This document shows, piece after piece, positions 49,770 through 62,644 of a stretch of DNA of 64,000 nucleotides. The notes below the pieces were generated by a model. It searched no databases. It saw only the letters and a list, made by a program, of their open reading frames with translations, and had not been told where the DNA came from. Position 1 is the stretch's first letter, and each line of letters opens with the position of its first letter. Made by a program: the position numbers and the translations under genes. The DNA comes from Calcarisporiella thermophila CBS 279.70 (lineage: Eukaryota > Fungi > Calcarisporiellomycota): positions 1,100,752 to 1,164,751 of the forward strand of contig NW_027192196.1 in assembly GCF_041956535.1 (NCBI RefSeq), in the 5' to 3' direction.

Positions 49770-51308
49770 TATTGGTAAATAATCGGTTACTGGGCTGCTC
49801 CATGACGTATGTAAACATGAACGTATGAAATGTTTCCCAAAAAAAGTCCATCCAGTATTTTATCCAAATATTATTTATATACATTGGCTCTTCAATATAT
49901 AGCACTTTATAAGAATAATGCCTATTATTATTTGGTTATTCAAATAAAAGATATCCTTGAATTCCGAAAGTCACCACAAAGGTTAGATAATTCATTTTAC
50001 TGCTGAAAAGTGTTCCTCGTAGACAAATTTCATGCAATATGGCAAGCCCCAGAAATCAATTAGATAACGAGACAAGGACTGTGCAAATATAGATACTGTA
50101 TGTAGTGCAAAGAATGTATTAAACTACAGCTAGTATAGATAGCCACATCGCATCTAATTTTCATTATCCTTGGTATTTTTATCAACTAATTAATTAACGT
50201 GTTCGTTCCGATATAAAACTATATTGAACTCACCTTAATTACTTGATTTTCACCATGCTTGCCCGACTAAGTTCAACACCCTAACGTGTGTTTAGAATGG
50301 AGAGAATGATTTCAAGCTTTTTTTCAAGATCATGATTTATTATCACGATGAACCCAGGATTTTCCCCAGATTAGCTTTTGTATTAGATCTCTGAATATAC
50401 GCTCTATCAACACGTATGAATTAAATGGCCAATAAAAGATCAAAGAAAAAGCAAATTGAATCCAGAAATCATATACGTCAATGCAATAAATAAATTGTCA
50501 AGTAATATTTTCACAAAAAATACAAGCAGATTTAGCAAATTTAACAACCGTGATATACTCATTTCATCAGTTCAATTACTATCGAAAAGAACAATTGTGT
50601 GTGCATTGGTGTTATGTTCGTCTTTAGATACTAAACATAGTGAAGGATCATATATATTTATAACTCCTTAAGCGGATCGTTTTAGAGTGTGCGGAACAAA
50701 AGTACATTGTTAATTTTAGCGCATTCAAAGGCCTATTTGGCAAATACTTAGATTAAGACGGATACTATCTTACAATCCCATTAGTCCGTTGTATATTGAT
50801 AGCCAGGTAAAAGCTTGCAGATTGAACCGTCCAATTAGTTATGCGCATCGGATGTTATTTATAGTATTAACGCTAAGCGATTGGATTTAGCTAAGGTCTA
50901 ATAATAGGCATAAGTAAACATGATGAAATTGAGGATCCAGCTAAATATATTTCTAAATTCCAGAACATGATGTAGAGAACAATCAACATTACTTTATTTT
51001 TTATATACCTGATTTAACTAATAATCCCATAGGCTGAATACTTGAGTGGTTGCTGCTTTTGAAAGAGCTCGAGTAGGTGTTTCTGACCCCCAATCAAACG
51101 CCCTGTAAAAAAGGGTGAGTTTTTAACTTGTAAATATATTTACCGTGGAACTAAGGAGGGGATTTAAACTCTAAATTTTTTCTTGCTATTTGATCACCCT
51201 AGCGTCTCCCTTTGGAACCTTTATAAAGAGGGAGAATTTTGGAAAAAATATTCCATCGAATTTCCACTCTTTCAGCTAAGCCGTATATAGCCATATAGTT
51301 TTCGACTC

Positions 51309-53314
51309 ATGGCTCGTATTTTTATATTTTTCCTTTTTGCCTTGATTGGGGGTGCATTGGCAGAAGATAAGCAAGGAGGTAATTGTTGAAGCAACATTAT
51401 ATTTATTTGTAGACAAAACATCTCAACTCTTACCTTTCCAATCGTATAGAAAATATTCAGGTGGTTGAAGATCAAATTTTAATTCCAGTATCAGGAGGTG
51501 CTTTTTCGATGAGTGCCAGTAATTTGTCAATAAAGACCACTGACCAAGGTCAAGAGATAATCGTATCCGCTCCCGCAGTGGAAGACCTTGGCAAAGCAGG
51601 CCCGATAACGGTGCGTGGAAGAGAAGCGCAATGGTCTTTTCCGTCTAAGAACTGGACCATACGAGCCACCAGCGAAGACGGGCGACTTGTTATCAATGTG
51701 CAAGGCACGCATGACACTTTACTCACCTGGCCAACCACGGGAGTCGACCAGAATACGTCAACCATGCAAATTCCACGTGGCTCTGGTTTGTCCATCCCCG
51801 TACGGGATCCATTTTGGAATTCGAACTATGAGCAAGGTGGTTTGAACAGCACCGATACATTCGATTTGACAGGCGGAGGTGGTTTTGAGATGCCCTTCTG
51901 GGGATATACCATTGGTAGTCGCGGTGTAAGTTACATTGTGCCTACCGACATTGGAACAAAGGGCAGGACTGTCTCAGATGGCCAGCTTCGTCTCGTGCTC
52001 TCACATGAATTCAGCGATCGTGCAGAAACCCTCAACTACACTGTCATGTTTGCACTCACCGATGACTCGCCGCTGGCGGCTGGTTTGGACTACCGTCGTT
52101 ACCTGATATCACAGAACGCACTATACAAGTTGCAGCAAAAGATTGAAGCTAACCCTGAGGTTGGCAAGCTCATTGGTGCATTTCATGCCTATCTCTGGAA
52201 TCAGTCGCGGACTGATGAAGGCATTGCAAAGATTCGTCAGACTGGAATATCGCGAATGTGGGTAGGCTATGATGCCAGTCCTGAGCTAATGAACAGTAAG
52301 GCCGTGACTGTCGCTCAAGAAGCCGGATATCTTGTCGGCCCGTATGATTCTTGGGCCAACGCGCAAGATCCTGCCAAGTCGGATACTACTGCATCTATTT
52401 GGCCGGGGACTGTATACCCAGATGGCTGCATTATCAAATTCGATGGGAAAATAAGAGAGGGCTTTAAAAAACGTGGTTGCTATTTGAGCTCACAAGCATT
52501 GGCCCAAGATGAACCGACAAAGCATTATATTGCCGAGCGAATAAAGAACGTAACGGCCAACGGCGCCAAAAGTGTCTTCCTCGATGTGGATGCAGCTGGC
52601 GAACTCTGGGACGATTTCAGCCCCAAGCACCGTATGAACCAACTTCAGGATAGGCAAAATCGTATAGAACGAATGCGCAAATTATCAAAGAATTTTGTCG
52701 TTGGTTCCGAGACTGTGCACGGCTGGGCCAGTGAAGTTGTTGCTTTCAGTCATGGTTCTGCAACCGTTGTCGCAGGGGCATTCTGGAAAAAGCAAGGTGA
52801 AATATGGGGCAAGTATTATCCCCCGGCTGGGCCAGACTTTTTTTTCAAACCGGTGACACTACCTGAGTTCTTGCGCAAAGCCATGTTTGATCCCGTGTAT
52901 CGGGTGCCGCTCTACGAAGCCGTGTTGCATGATTCAGTCATTAATTTAGATCGCTGGGAAATCCCACTCTACAAGCTCAATGATCTGGTGACGACACGAG
53001 TCCTGCTTGCCATGCTCTACAATTCCCCCGTGATGCTAGCCCTCAACTACGGTGAATTGGATGCTCACGGTGCGCAGATCGCCGAGCTACAAAAATATTT
53101 CGAGCCTCTACACTCGGCAGCTGCCACCCAGCCGTTGACATCTTTCCGCTACGCAACCTCGGATAAACTGGTGCAAGAGACGGTCTTCGGTGATAATGAG
53201 CTAAAAGTCACCGCTAATTTCGGCAAGGAGATTCATCAAGGTTTACCTGGTGGTTGTGTCGAAGCTGTACTCAAAACGGATAATGAGCCGCGAAGAATTT
53301 GTCCAGCAGCATAG
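51309..53314 (+). CDS. Secreted glycoside hydrolase-like protein (GH129/GHL-like, bacterial-type), 2 exons
   Basis: Exon 1 signal peptide MARIFIFFLFALIGGALA; intron 51379-51449 splices in frame; MPFWG, KLIGAFHAYLW, GYLVGPYDSW, FLDVDAAGE, VVGSE, RVPLYEAVLHDSVI. Family assigned from memory of motifs. Confidence 0.72.
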
Positions 53315-53946
53315 TTCGTTTTATTTTTATTTAGAGTACATCAATATTGATATTTAATTTCTGATGTGTTTATACTTTTAATGTGTCACAGAATTAGAAT
53401 AACTAGATTTCGTTTATCATTTCGAATATTATCATTAGATTGTTAAATTAAACAGTAAGGGAGAGAATAGACCAATATTTGATCATGAAATTTGCCTTGG
53501 TCGATATAATTAACAAAGTATTTAGATTAGTCAAAGATGTTAATAAAATGGAATCCAATTGGCAGCAGTTGTTTTTATTTTAATATAAATAATAGAACAA
53601 GACAATTTAAATTAAAACAAATCCTAGACTAGATCGAAGTAGCGTATTAAACAGTGGCAACAAAGGAAAGGCATTGGCAATCAATAAATTTTAGGACTCT
53701 TTTCTTTTGTAGAAAATATAAGTATATAAAGAGATAAGCTGATATGAAAAAAAAGAATGAAGGCTAGCTAAAAGAATGAAAAAGATTAATATCGAGTGCA
53801 CAAGGGGAAGGCGTATATTCTATTTGGCGCAATTGGCCTGAATAATATAACAGGAGACTCGAAGTTACTTGAAGAGTAAACATTCACTAAGACAGCACGC
53901 GTGTCAACGGGTAAGGGGCTTTAAGTCACAGAGGCAATCGAGGAGT

Positions 53947-55651
53947 TCAGTCGGATGGATTAGCGTTAGATTTCCCGGTTCCCTTGCTTAGTTGCGTTTG
54001 GCTCATATCCGCCATCCATTTAGGAGGCAAGATCCCCGTTTGATCTTGAATTGTAGCCAAAAGTGGTGGGAGATTCTAAATAAAATTTCAAACACGATGA
54101 GCAATAGTGCAAAAATAATGCAGAGTAAGTAGGTTGAGAGAGGGGAAGGAGGGGATAGGGGAAGCAGAAGGTGAGGAAAAAAGTGCTCTCCTCTGCTACT
54201 TTTCTTTAAAATCTCACCTTCATGACATCGGCTACTGGGTTAGAACCCGAAGCGCCAGATCCATCGGTGTTCCAAACCGTAATCTTAGGATTCAAGTTCT
54301 GGACTGCGGTCGCGTTGGCATTAGCAAGGCGTTCAAATGTGCCAGACTCCATCATGAAGTACTGAAGTGCGGCCTGATGATCCCCATGGAAGGCGTCTAT
54401 GATCTCCCGCAGATATTGGATCTTGGTTTGGAAGAGAGCCATTTGTCCCTCAGCTTTCTTTTGCTGTTGGTAAAGCTCAGCATTGGCTGCTTCCATTTGT
54501 GCCTCGGCTTCCGCCTTGGCACGGGCCACTAGCTCAGCTCTCAACCTCTCGGTCTCAGCTGCAGCATGAGTTTCTTGAACATGTCGCAAAAGTTCTGCCT
54601 TACGGAGAGCCGCTGCCTGCTCCGCTTCAATTCTAGCGATCTCCTCCTGTCGGCTATACTCAGCCTCTTTGATCTTCAGTAAGGCAGACGATTTTGCAAC
54701 TGCCTGCTTATTTTCGTTCTCAATGGCTACAGTATCAGCTTCGATCTTTGACGTTTCCTGTCTCGTTTGGGCAATTCGCTGTTTTTCACCAATTTCACCA
54801 CCTAATGAGAGACAGAATATTCAGGATCTTTCTTGAATAGTAATAATTTGGTATATACTAACGTTTTCGCGCTTCTGAAACGTCCACACGAGCCTGCGAG
54901 ATAGCCCCTTCATGTGTCTTTTGCCTATATTTTCATAACAGAAATTAGTTGAAAGTAACGGTGGGAAAACTCTACCATTTGGAAATACATACCTTAGATA
55001 TTTAAAGTACTCACTACCACTCGTGTCCATAAGTTGCTTAATCTGCATTGTTTTAATCAAATATAATATGAATTAGCATTTTAACACACTTCGCAAATCT
55101 GTGATATTGAATCTAATTGCGTACGTTTGCATTATAAATAAAGAGGCCTATCGAAAATAGATGTAGTGCTAATCAGTGGCCGGAAGAGGTAGTATTCATT
55201 ACGTAAGAATTCACTCACCGAATTGATCTAATTCCGATTGAATGCTTCGAACAATATTTTCCTTAAAACTTCTACGGTCACGGAAAATTTCTTCAATCGT
55301 CATACTCGCAGCTAGAACACGTGCTTCACCCTCGATAACACCTCGTACCAATTCCTGGACGTGGGATTCGCCTTTTGGCGTGTTGGTCAAAAGCCGAGCA
55401 TACCGTTCCACCGACTCAAGATCGTCTTTGGGGCCGACGGTAAAAGATCCTGGGAGGAGAAACTCGAGTTTTTCGATGGACATAACATTGAGATCGAGGG
55501 TGTAATTTAGAGGCACGAGTGAAACTGATTGGGAATGTTGCCATGGCCAAATGAGGCCCTTTCGCTGGAGTTTGATATCCTTAATACCAGCACCGGTAAC
55601 AACAAGGAACTCATTGGCGTTAGCAATTCGGTACCAACCAAAGCTTGGCAT
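53947..55651 (-). CDS. Flotillin-like SPFH-domain protein (6 exons)
   Basis: YRIANANEFLVVTGAGI, MSIEKLEFLLPG, GVIEGEARVLAASMTIEEIF, ELDQFG-LFIYNAN-IKQLMD, LNPKITVWNT, NLPPLLATIQDQTGILPPKWM. Confidence 0.9.
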
Positions 55652-56127
55652 TGCGGGAGAGAGCGGAGAGGAGATTACGGAAACTAAGTCAGGGATGTCG
55701 CTTCTCGGGGAGAGGTGCTATTCCGCCATATTTATATGAGAAAGAGTAGTAGCACAGCCATTCACCTCCGCATTGCCAATTGCTTTCATTAAAGACACTA
55801 TAGATGTCACAAGATGCATGTCGGTGACAAAGAGAGGTGTGGCAACCAATTAAACTGAAGCTAGGAAAAAAAGAAATTCATTATTAGAAAAACAGAAATT
55901 TAGTTAATGGGTTAAGCGGAAACAAGTTTTCATCCCGGAATTATCTGGGTCGTATTTTACGTCATATGGGAGGGTTTTTCATTCATGCTTAGGCTGATGA
56001 ATTAAAATTTCCAAAGAAAATTAGATTAACAATGAAAAAGCTTAGCCACACATTTAAACCCCCCAAAAGAGCCTATGTTTTAGTCAAAAAAACTCGCATT
56101 TATTTCTTGATTAGATTATATCAAACA

Positions 56128-57069
56128 ATGTTAGAAGGAGAAACAGTAACGTTTAACGTTGGTGGTCACACATTTGAAATCTCCCTTGCTTTAGTGCTCT
56201 CTAGGCAGCCAAATTCGCAACTGGCAAAATTGGCGAGAGAGTGCCTCCATTCTAATAGTCTTAAACCGATTTTTCTAGACCATAATTCCTCTGCATTTGC
56301 TGTTGTTCTTGATTATATCCGGTATGGTCGGGTGTTTATTCCACCAGATGTTTCGCGTCAAGTGGTGGAGTTAATTTTGAACGACATGAACATCGAATAC
56401 ACGGAGGAGGATATCAACAAAGAACTAAATGATGGTAGCGGACGCTTCATCGGATCTCCAACCTCATCAAATGCCAATAGCAGTATATCATCCCAATCAT
56501 TAGCTGGCACGCTCTCCACTACCGCATCAGCAGGATTGCCTTCATATTCTGAAGCAATTGCATCCTCTGCTTCTTCTGCTTCTATTGATGCGAATTATAA
56601 CAACTATGTCCGAGATGTGAAAGGGGAGCGTATTAATACTGCTTCGGAGCTACTTAGAAGTAAAGTCGAGAGATTGTTTCGAGAGCGATTACTGCACGTT
56701 CTCAATGGTGCTATCTATGCGGGCTATAAGAAGCTTGAAATTCTTTTAGCACCTGAAAGAATGCCCATCGATAAGGACGTATTGCATAATTTTGGAGACA
56801 CAAACACGGTCAGAGAGTGGGTTGGCATTCCTCCAGACGAATCCGATCCAGACGAGATTAGATGGATGTTGCAATCGGAGGCTATGGGACTTCTTAAGAG
56901 CTCTATTGAGAACGAATACTCTGGTGGGGCCGCTTACCAGAGATCGTTGAGCGTATTGAAGCATGTCATTGTTGGTAAAACTTATTGTACCGTGAAAAGA
57001 GAGACAGAATGGGGGCTGATGGAGAGTGTGGGAAAAAATCTGATCAAAATCGAAATAACTTATCGATAG
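56128..57069 (+). CDS. BTB/POZ (KCTD-type) domain protein
   Basis: VTFNVGGHTF..PNSQL..IFLDHNSSAFAVVLDYIRYG; Ser-rich linker with LPSY; likely start ATG at 56128. Confidence 0.82.
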   Translation: MLEGETVTFNVGGHTFEISLALVLSRQPNSQLAKLARECLHSNSLKPIFLDHNSSAFAVVLDYIRYGRVFIPPDVSRQVVELILNDMNIEYTEEDINKELNDGSGRFIGSPTSSNANSSISSQSLAGTLSTTASAGLPSYSEAIASSASSASIDANYNNYVRDVKGERINTASELLRSKVERLFRERLLHVLNGAIYAGYKKLEILLAPERMPIDKDVLHNFGDTNTVREWVGIPPDESDPDEIRWMLQSEAMGLLKSSIENEYSGGAAYQRSLSVLKHVIVGKTYCTVKRETEWGLMESVGKNLIKIEITYR

Positions 57070-58288
57070 CAGACTATTTTCTTGATTTTTCTTGATTCTA
57101 GGTAAATTCAATTCAAGAGGCAATGTTATGCCGAGAATGATTTCGACCTTAGAATATTTCTCACATAGCATGTGCTTTATGTAATGCTTTACTATAAGAA
57201 TAAGCAAGCTATTACCCTAAATATCACCAAGTAAGATTCATGGCCGGGAACATTTTGCATATTCTTTGTTAGTATTTATAAATCATGATTTGTGTTAATA
57301 AGTTTGAGCAAAACAGCATGTTGCTCCAAGGGACTATTGAAAACTTGGAATTTTGCAGACTTGTAGAGTGGTGCTCTATAGCTGATATAGGCGACTATTT
57401 ATTTTTAACTAAAAAGATATAATATGCTCGAATTTAAAAGTGACACTAGTTCAATTTCTTGTCGATATCTATTGCTTGTCCAGAATTTTTGTATCTTTTT
57501 AATAGATGATTAAAAGATTGAGGTCTTCAAAACTTGTTAGCGTATCTTCATGCTGGGCACTCGCATACTTTGTATTATATTCTGTTCATTAACGAATTCT
57601 TCTTTCAAATTTTAGTCCTTATCTCAGAATAGCTGTAGCAGCTGATTACATGGATCAATGTTTTTTACTAAGCGAAATCCAGAAATTTTTGACATGCTAG
57701 CTTCGGGCTAGTCGGGGTTAAGCTACTGTTTTGCTGAGTTGTTTTAAAAACTCAGCAAGACAAGTAGCGTGGAATTTTTCATGATTTGTTTTGTAAAAAA
57801 AAAATGGCCTACTACAATTGTTTGTCTGGTAATTCTGAGTTTTAAAACAAGCACGGTATTCAGTCTTTTTCTCAAAGATTATGATATTAAGTGATATTGA
57901 AAGATGAGCAATATTGAATAATAAGGGCCAAATAATAGAATTTCAATCCATACTAGTGTCAATAAGTATTATTATTCTACCTTTAGCTCTATTTTAAGCT
58001 AAGACATTCTCTGGTTATCCGGAAAGTTCTTGGCATCATGTAAGATGTTTACAGGTCTGAATTCAACGTACTAACGAATCAGAGAAAAGAAGAAAGCAGT
58101 CAACCTGCTGTTTCTCATGTATGATCTAGATCTCTATTTCAACTTGTTCCAACCAAATGCATATTTTGTAAACTATAATAGCCTCATTTCTCCCCGATAT
58201 ATAGAAGGTGGATCGGGAACTTTAGCGACAATATTTCTATCCTATTCCCTTCTCTATAGACCCTCAGTGATTTTTTTCCTCTCTAAAA

Positions 58289-61200
58289 ATGTCGCTCGAT
58301 AGATTTCGAAAAATCTTTAAATATAATAATTGGATTCGATCTCCTTCCTCATTAACTGAGAGATCAGAAAATATACGTGGACGATTGCCATTTTATAATG
58401 AGGATATCGAAATGAGAAATAATGTGGAGGATGCAAGTAGGTAACTCCTTAATAACTTTTATATTCGGGTTGATTAAATTATCAATCGAATAGACATACT
58501 TAATATAGCTAATTGTAAGACAGAGAATAATCTTAGAAATAATGGCTCCAGAGATGAATCAAAGTGCTCCAAGCTTTTAAGACATTATTCTGAGGTCCCT
58601 GAGAGCGTGATTTTCGATACATTTAGGGTAGATCAAAATGGTCTAAATGACTCTGAAGCCAATAGGCGACTAAAACAGCATGGCCCAAATATCCTCTCAT
58701 CAAATCGTCCTCGGCGTGTATTTATGATCATTTTCATGGCTGTATTGCACCCGTTTAACCTGCTTCTGTTATCGCTCGCTATAATTAGTATTTCCGCAGA
58801 AGATATTCCAACCTTTGCTGTGATGTTAGTAGTTGTCTTTCTATCCACTAGCTTAAGAATCTGGCAGGAGTTCAAATCTTTTGTGGCAATTTCCAAAATG
58901 CTAAGCGGATTGCATTCTCATGCAACTGTTTTACGAAGTTTACCGGGCAAAAATGTGAGAAGCATTGAGGTAGATCAGAAAAGTGTAGTCCCGGGTGATA
59001 TAGTGGTATTTTCAGCTGGAGATACCTTCCCTGGTGATGTTCGCATTATTGAATCGAAGGATTTGTATGTTAGGTAAATTTGCATAAAATATAAATTTTT
59101 TCTAGCCATCTTAGGTATTAATTCTCTTTTTTTTATTGTCTTTAGTCAGTCCATCCTTACGGGAGAGAGCTTACCGGTGGCAAAATTTGAAGTTGTATAT
59201 CATAGAGGGTCAGATAAAGAACTCTTTCAACGAGACAATATCTGCTTCATGGGAACAAGTATTCTAAGTGGATATGGAAAGGCAATTGTGCTTGCTACGG
59301 GGGACAATACATATTTTGTGTCAATTGCTGGAATCCTTGTTGCACGGCGTCCCATTAATGCATTTCAAACAGCAGTGCGTAGGATTTCCTATCTTTTAAT
59401 CGGCTTTATGTTCGTTATGCTTCCAGTTGTCGTAGTTATTTCTGGCCTCGTATCATTAAACAGTTGGAGAGACGCTGCACTCTTTGGTATCAGTATAGCA
59501 GTCGGATTAACTCCAGAGATGCTTCCTATGATCGTCAACACATCTTTAGCCCAGAGTGCCCGGGTTCTCGCGAAAAAAAAACTCATTGTTAAAAACTTGG
59601 ATGCGATTCAAAATTTTGCAGCTATGTAAGTAAGACTGAATATAGGCAGGGATATTTATATCTATATTTTAAATATATGAGAAGAGACTAATCAATATAT
59701 TCTAATTATACTATAGAAATGTATTGTGTTGTGACAAAACGGGCACTTTAACTGCAGATATAGTCTCTCTAGTTAAATTTATGGATGCTCAAAACAAATC
59801 GTCGCCAGATCATGTTTTAAAATACGCATATTTAGTAGCTTACTTCCAGGCTGGACTGCGAAGTCATATAGATCAGGCTATATTAAAGTACTCTCATGAA
59901 TTTGGTCAAGGAAATATATCCGAGAGGGGATGGATCAAGCTCGATGAAATTCCAATTGACTTCGTTCGGCGTCGTATGTCAGTACTTCTAAGCAAATACG
60001 ATTCCAATGAGAAACCATTACTGGTAATGAAAGATGCCGTTGAAGAGATACTTAGTGTGTGTACAAGCTACTATATAGATGGGATTAAAGTGAAAGAAAT
60101 TTCTGATGAGATACGCGAGAATCTTTTGAGTATGGGCAATGAGTTAAACAAGGAGGGATTACGGGTGATTGCGGTAGCTTCAAGACAGATGGAAGAATTT
60201 TCTGGAAACCTTATCGGCTTGGATGAAAGAGCTATGGTTTTAAATGGCTTTCTTGCCTTCCTCGATCCTCCGAAGCAATCAGCACTCCATGCACTCAACA
60301 AGCTTCATGACAATAGTATAAACATCAAAATTCTAACGGGTGATTCACTATCCATTGCCCGAAAAATATGTAGCGAGGTTGGCATTATAGCTGAAGAAGA
60401 CAGCTACGTTTCCGGGCATGAGTTAAACCAGCTCTCTCCAGAGGATTATAAGCAGACTGTCGAAAGATGCCAGATTTTTGCCAAGCTTACACCCCTCCAA
60501 AAATTAAAAATTGTAGACACTCTGCGTAATAACGGCAATATAGTAGGATACTTAGGGGATGGAGTTAATGATGCGTTAGCTCTACATGGTTCAGATGTGG
60601 GTATATCTGTCGATTCAGGTACTAGCGTTGCCAAAGAATCTGCAGGTATTGTCATGGCAGAAAAGGATCTAAGCATATTGGCTGATGGGGTGGTTCAGGG
60701 TCGTATCACGCAGGTCAACACCTCCAAATATATATATATAGTCGGAAACTTCGGTAATGCCTTTTCTCTCCTCATTGCTGCACCATGGCTTCCTTTTCTC
60801 CCAATGGAGCCCCTTCAAATCCTTGTGCAAAATCTTCTTTTTGACATCTCGCAGATTTTTTTCCCTTGGGACAGCGTAGACCCGGAGTTGATTCGCAAGC
60901 CTCGAACTTGGAGCATCCGAAATTTATCGTTTTTCATGATTTGCATAGGGCCACTCAACTCTTTATGCGACATCGCCACTTTTTTTGTCACTTTGGTTTT
61001 ATTTTTGCATCCAGAGCAAAAAAGACGACTACCATGTATTTCAATCAGCCTGGTTCCTTGAGAATTTTCTTACTCAAATTCTCATGATACATTTATTACG
61101 TACCAGAAAAATTCCATTTATACAGAGCATGGCTTCTTGGCACGTGTGCGTAATGTCCTTATTTATGTGTATCTTTAGCATTATTCTCCCATATATCCCG

Positions 61201-61335
61201 TTAGGTTCGCTGGTGGTGTTACATCCAGTTCCTCCAATTTATTATTTGTTTTTAGTGTCTATTATTGTAGGTTATTCTTTGATGATCGAGCTTGCGAAAT
61301 TCGCCTATGTTGGATTTTTTGGCAATTGGATATGA
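58289..61335 (+). CDS. mgtA: Mg2+-importing P3B-type ATPase (MgtA-like), apparently frameshifted near 60980; possible pseudogene
   Basis: SQSILTGESLPV, AVGLTPEMLPMIV, AIQNFAAM, CDKTGTLT, DEIPIDFVRRRMSV, FLDPPK, GDGVND, NFGN, LRTRKIPFIQS; three GT-AG introns; the C-terminus lies in a different frame. Confidence 0.8.
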
Positions 61336-61731
61336 AAGTGGAATATATACTAGAATAGATTTAGATGCAATAAAGATTGCAGCTATATAGAGCTTAAATA
61401 TTACTATCCATCTCGATCTGAGCACTTACTTCAGATATTTGGACTATTGATTTGCATGCGCGGTGGATACTGTGTGCCTCTTTGAGGACACAGTGGCTCC
61501 CATATCATCATTAAGTAGATCAGGTTCCCATCTAGGAGAATAACGTGGAAAGCATGGGGATCACTTCGCTCTCCTTATAGTATCCTGATATTTCATTTAA
61601 TTTTGATGACATTTTATAGGGATGTTTAAATGGATAAGTGTTTGGAAAAAAAAAATTAAATAAAATATCAGGAAATTATGAGGATGATAGATCATGATTC
61701 CCTATGCACACTCCTGTTAAAAAATCACAGC

Positions 61732-62407
61732 CCCTACAAAAAACCCGTCTGGTGAAAACTGCTAGAAAACGAATAGGAGCATGTAGAAAAGGTGGAGGAG
61801 GTTCGCGATTCCCTATAATTTTTCAACAATTTCACTATAATTTGTAGACTCCTCNNNNNNNNNNNNNNNNNNNNNNNNNNNNNNNNNNNNNNNNNNNNNN
61901 NNNNNNNNNNNNNNNNNNNNNNNNNNNNNNNNNNNNNNNNNNNNNNNNNNNNNNNNNNNNNNNNNNNNNNNNNNNNNNNNNNNNNNNNNNNNNNNNNNNN
62001 NNNNNNNNNNNNNNNNNNNNNNNNNNNNNNNNNNNNNNNNNNNNNNNNNNNNNNNNNNNNNNNNNNNNNNNNNNNNNNNNNNNNNNNNNNNNNNNNNNNN
62101 NNNNNNNNNNNNNNNNNNNNNNNNNNNNNNNNNNNNNNNNNNNNNNNNNNNNNNNNNNNNNNNNNNNNNNNNNNNNNNNNNNNNNNNNNNNNNNNNNNNN
62201 NNNNNNNNNNNNNNNNNNNNNNNNNNNNNNNNNNNNNNNNNNNNNNNNNNNNTTCACTATAATTTGTAGACTCCTCTCCCATTATTAATATCTTGAAAAA
62301 TAGGTGAAAAGTTTGTAAAAATTTAGGGAATCGCGAACCTCCTCCACCTTTTCTACATGCTCCTATACGTTTTCTAGTAGTTTTCACCAGGAGAGTTTTT
62401 TGTAGGG
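61732..62407. mobile_element. Non-autonomous TIR element (MITE/foldback), CACTA/CMC-like
   Basis: About 100-bp imperfect TIRs starting CCCTACAAAAAA and ending TTTTTTGTAGGG; 3-bp target duplication AGC at 61729-61731 and 62408-62410. Confidence 0.8.
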
Positions 62408-62644
62408 AGCCGTTGTATGACGATGCAGATGGCAGCAATCAAAATATCTTGATAAGGTATATTTCAATGTTTGATTCAAATTAACCAGAAATAGTCTGTC
62501 ATTATAGGTGGGGAATTATGTTAAATATGTATATAGCTAAATATTTCTTGAAATATAAATAGTAATAAGACATCTATAGTTTTTACTTTATAAAATGGAA
62601 TTTCTTACATTCTCTAATAAAAATAAAATATAATGTTATAAATA

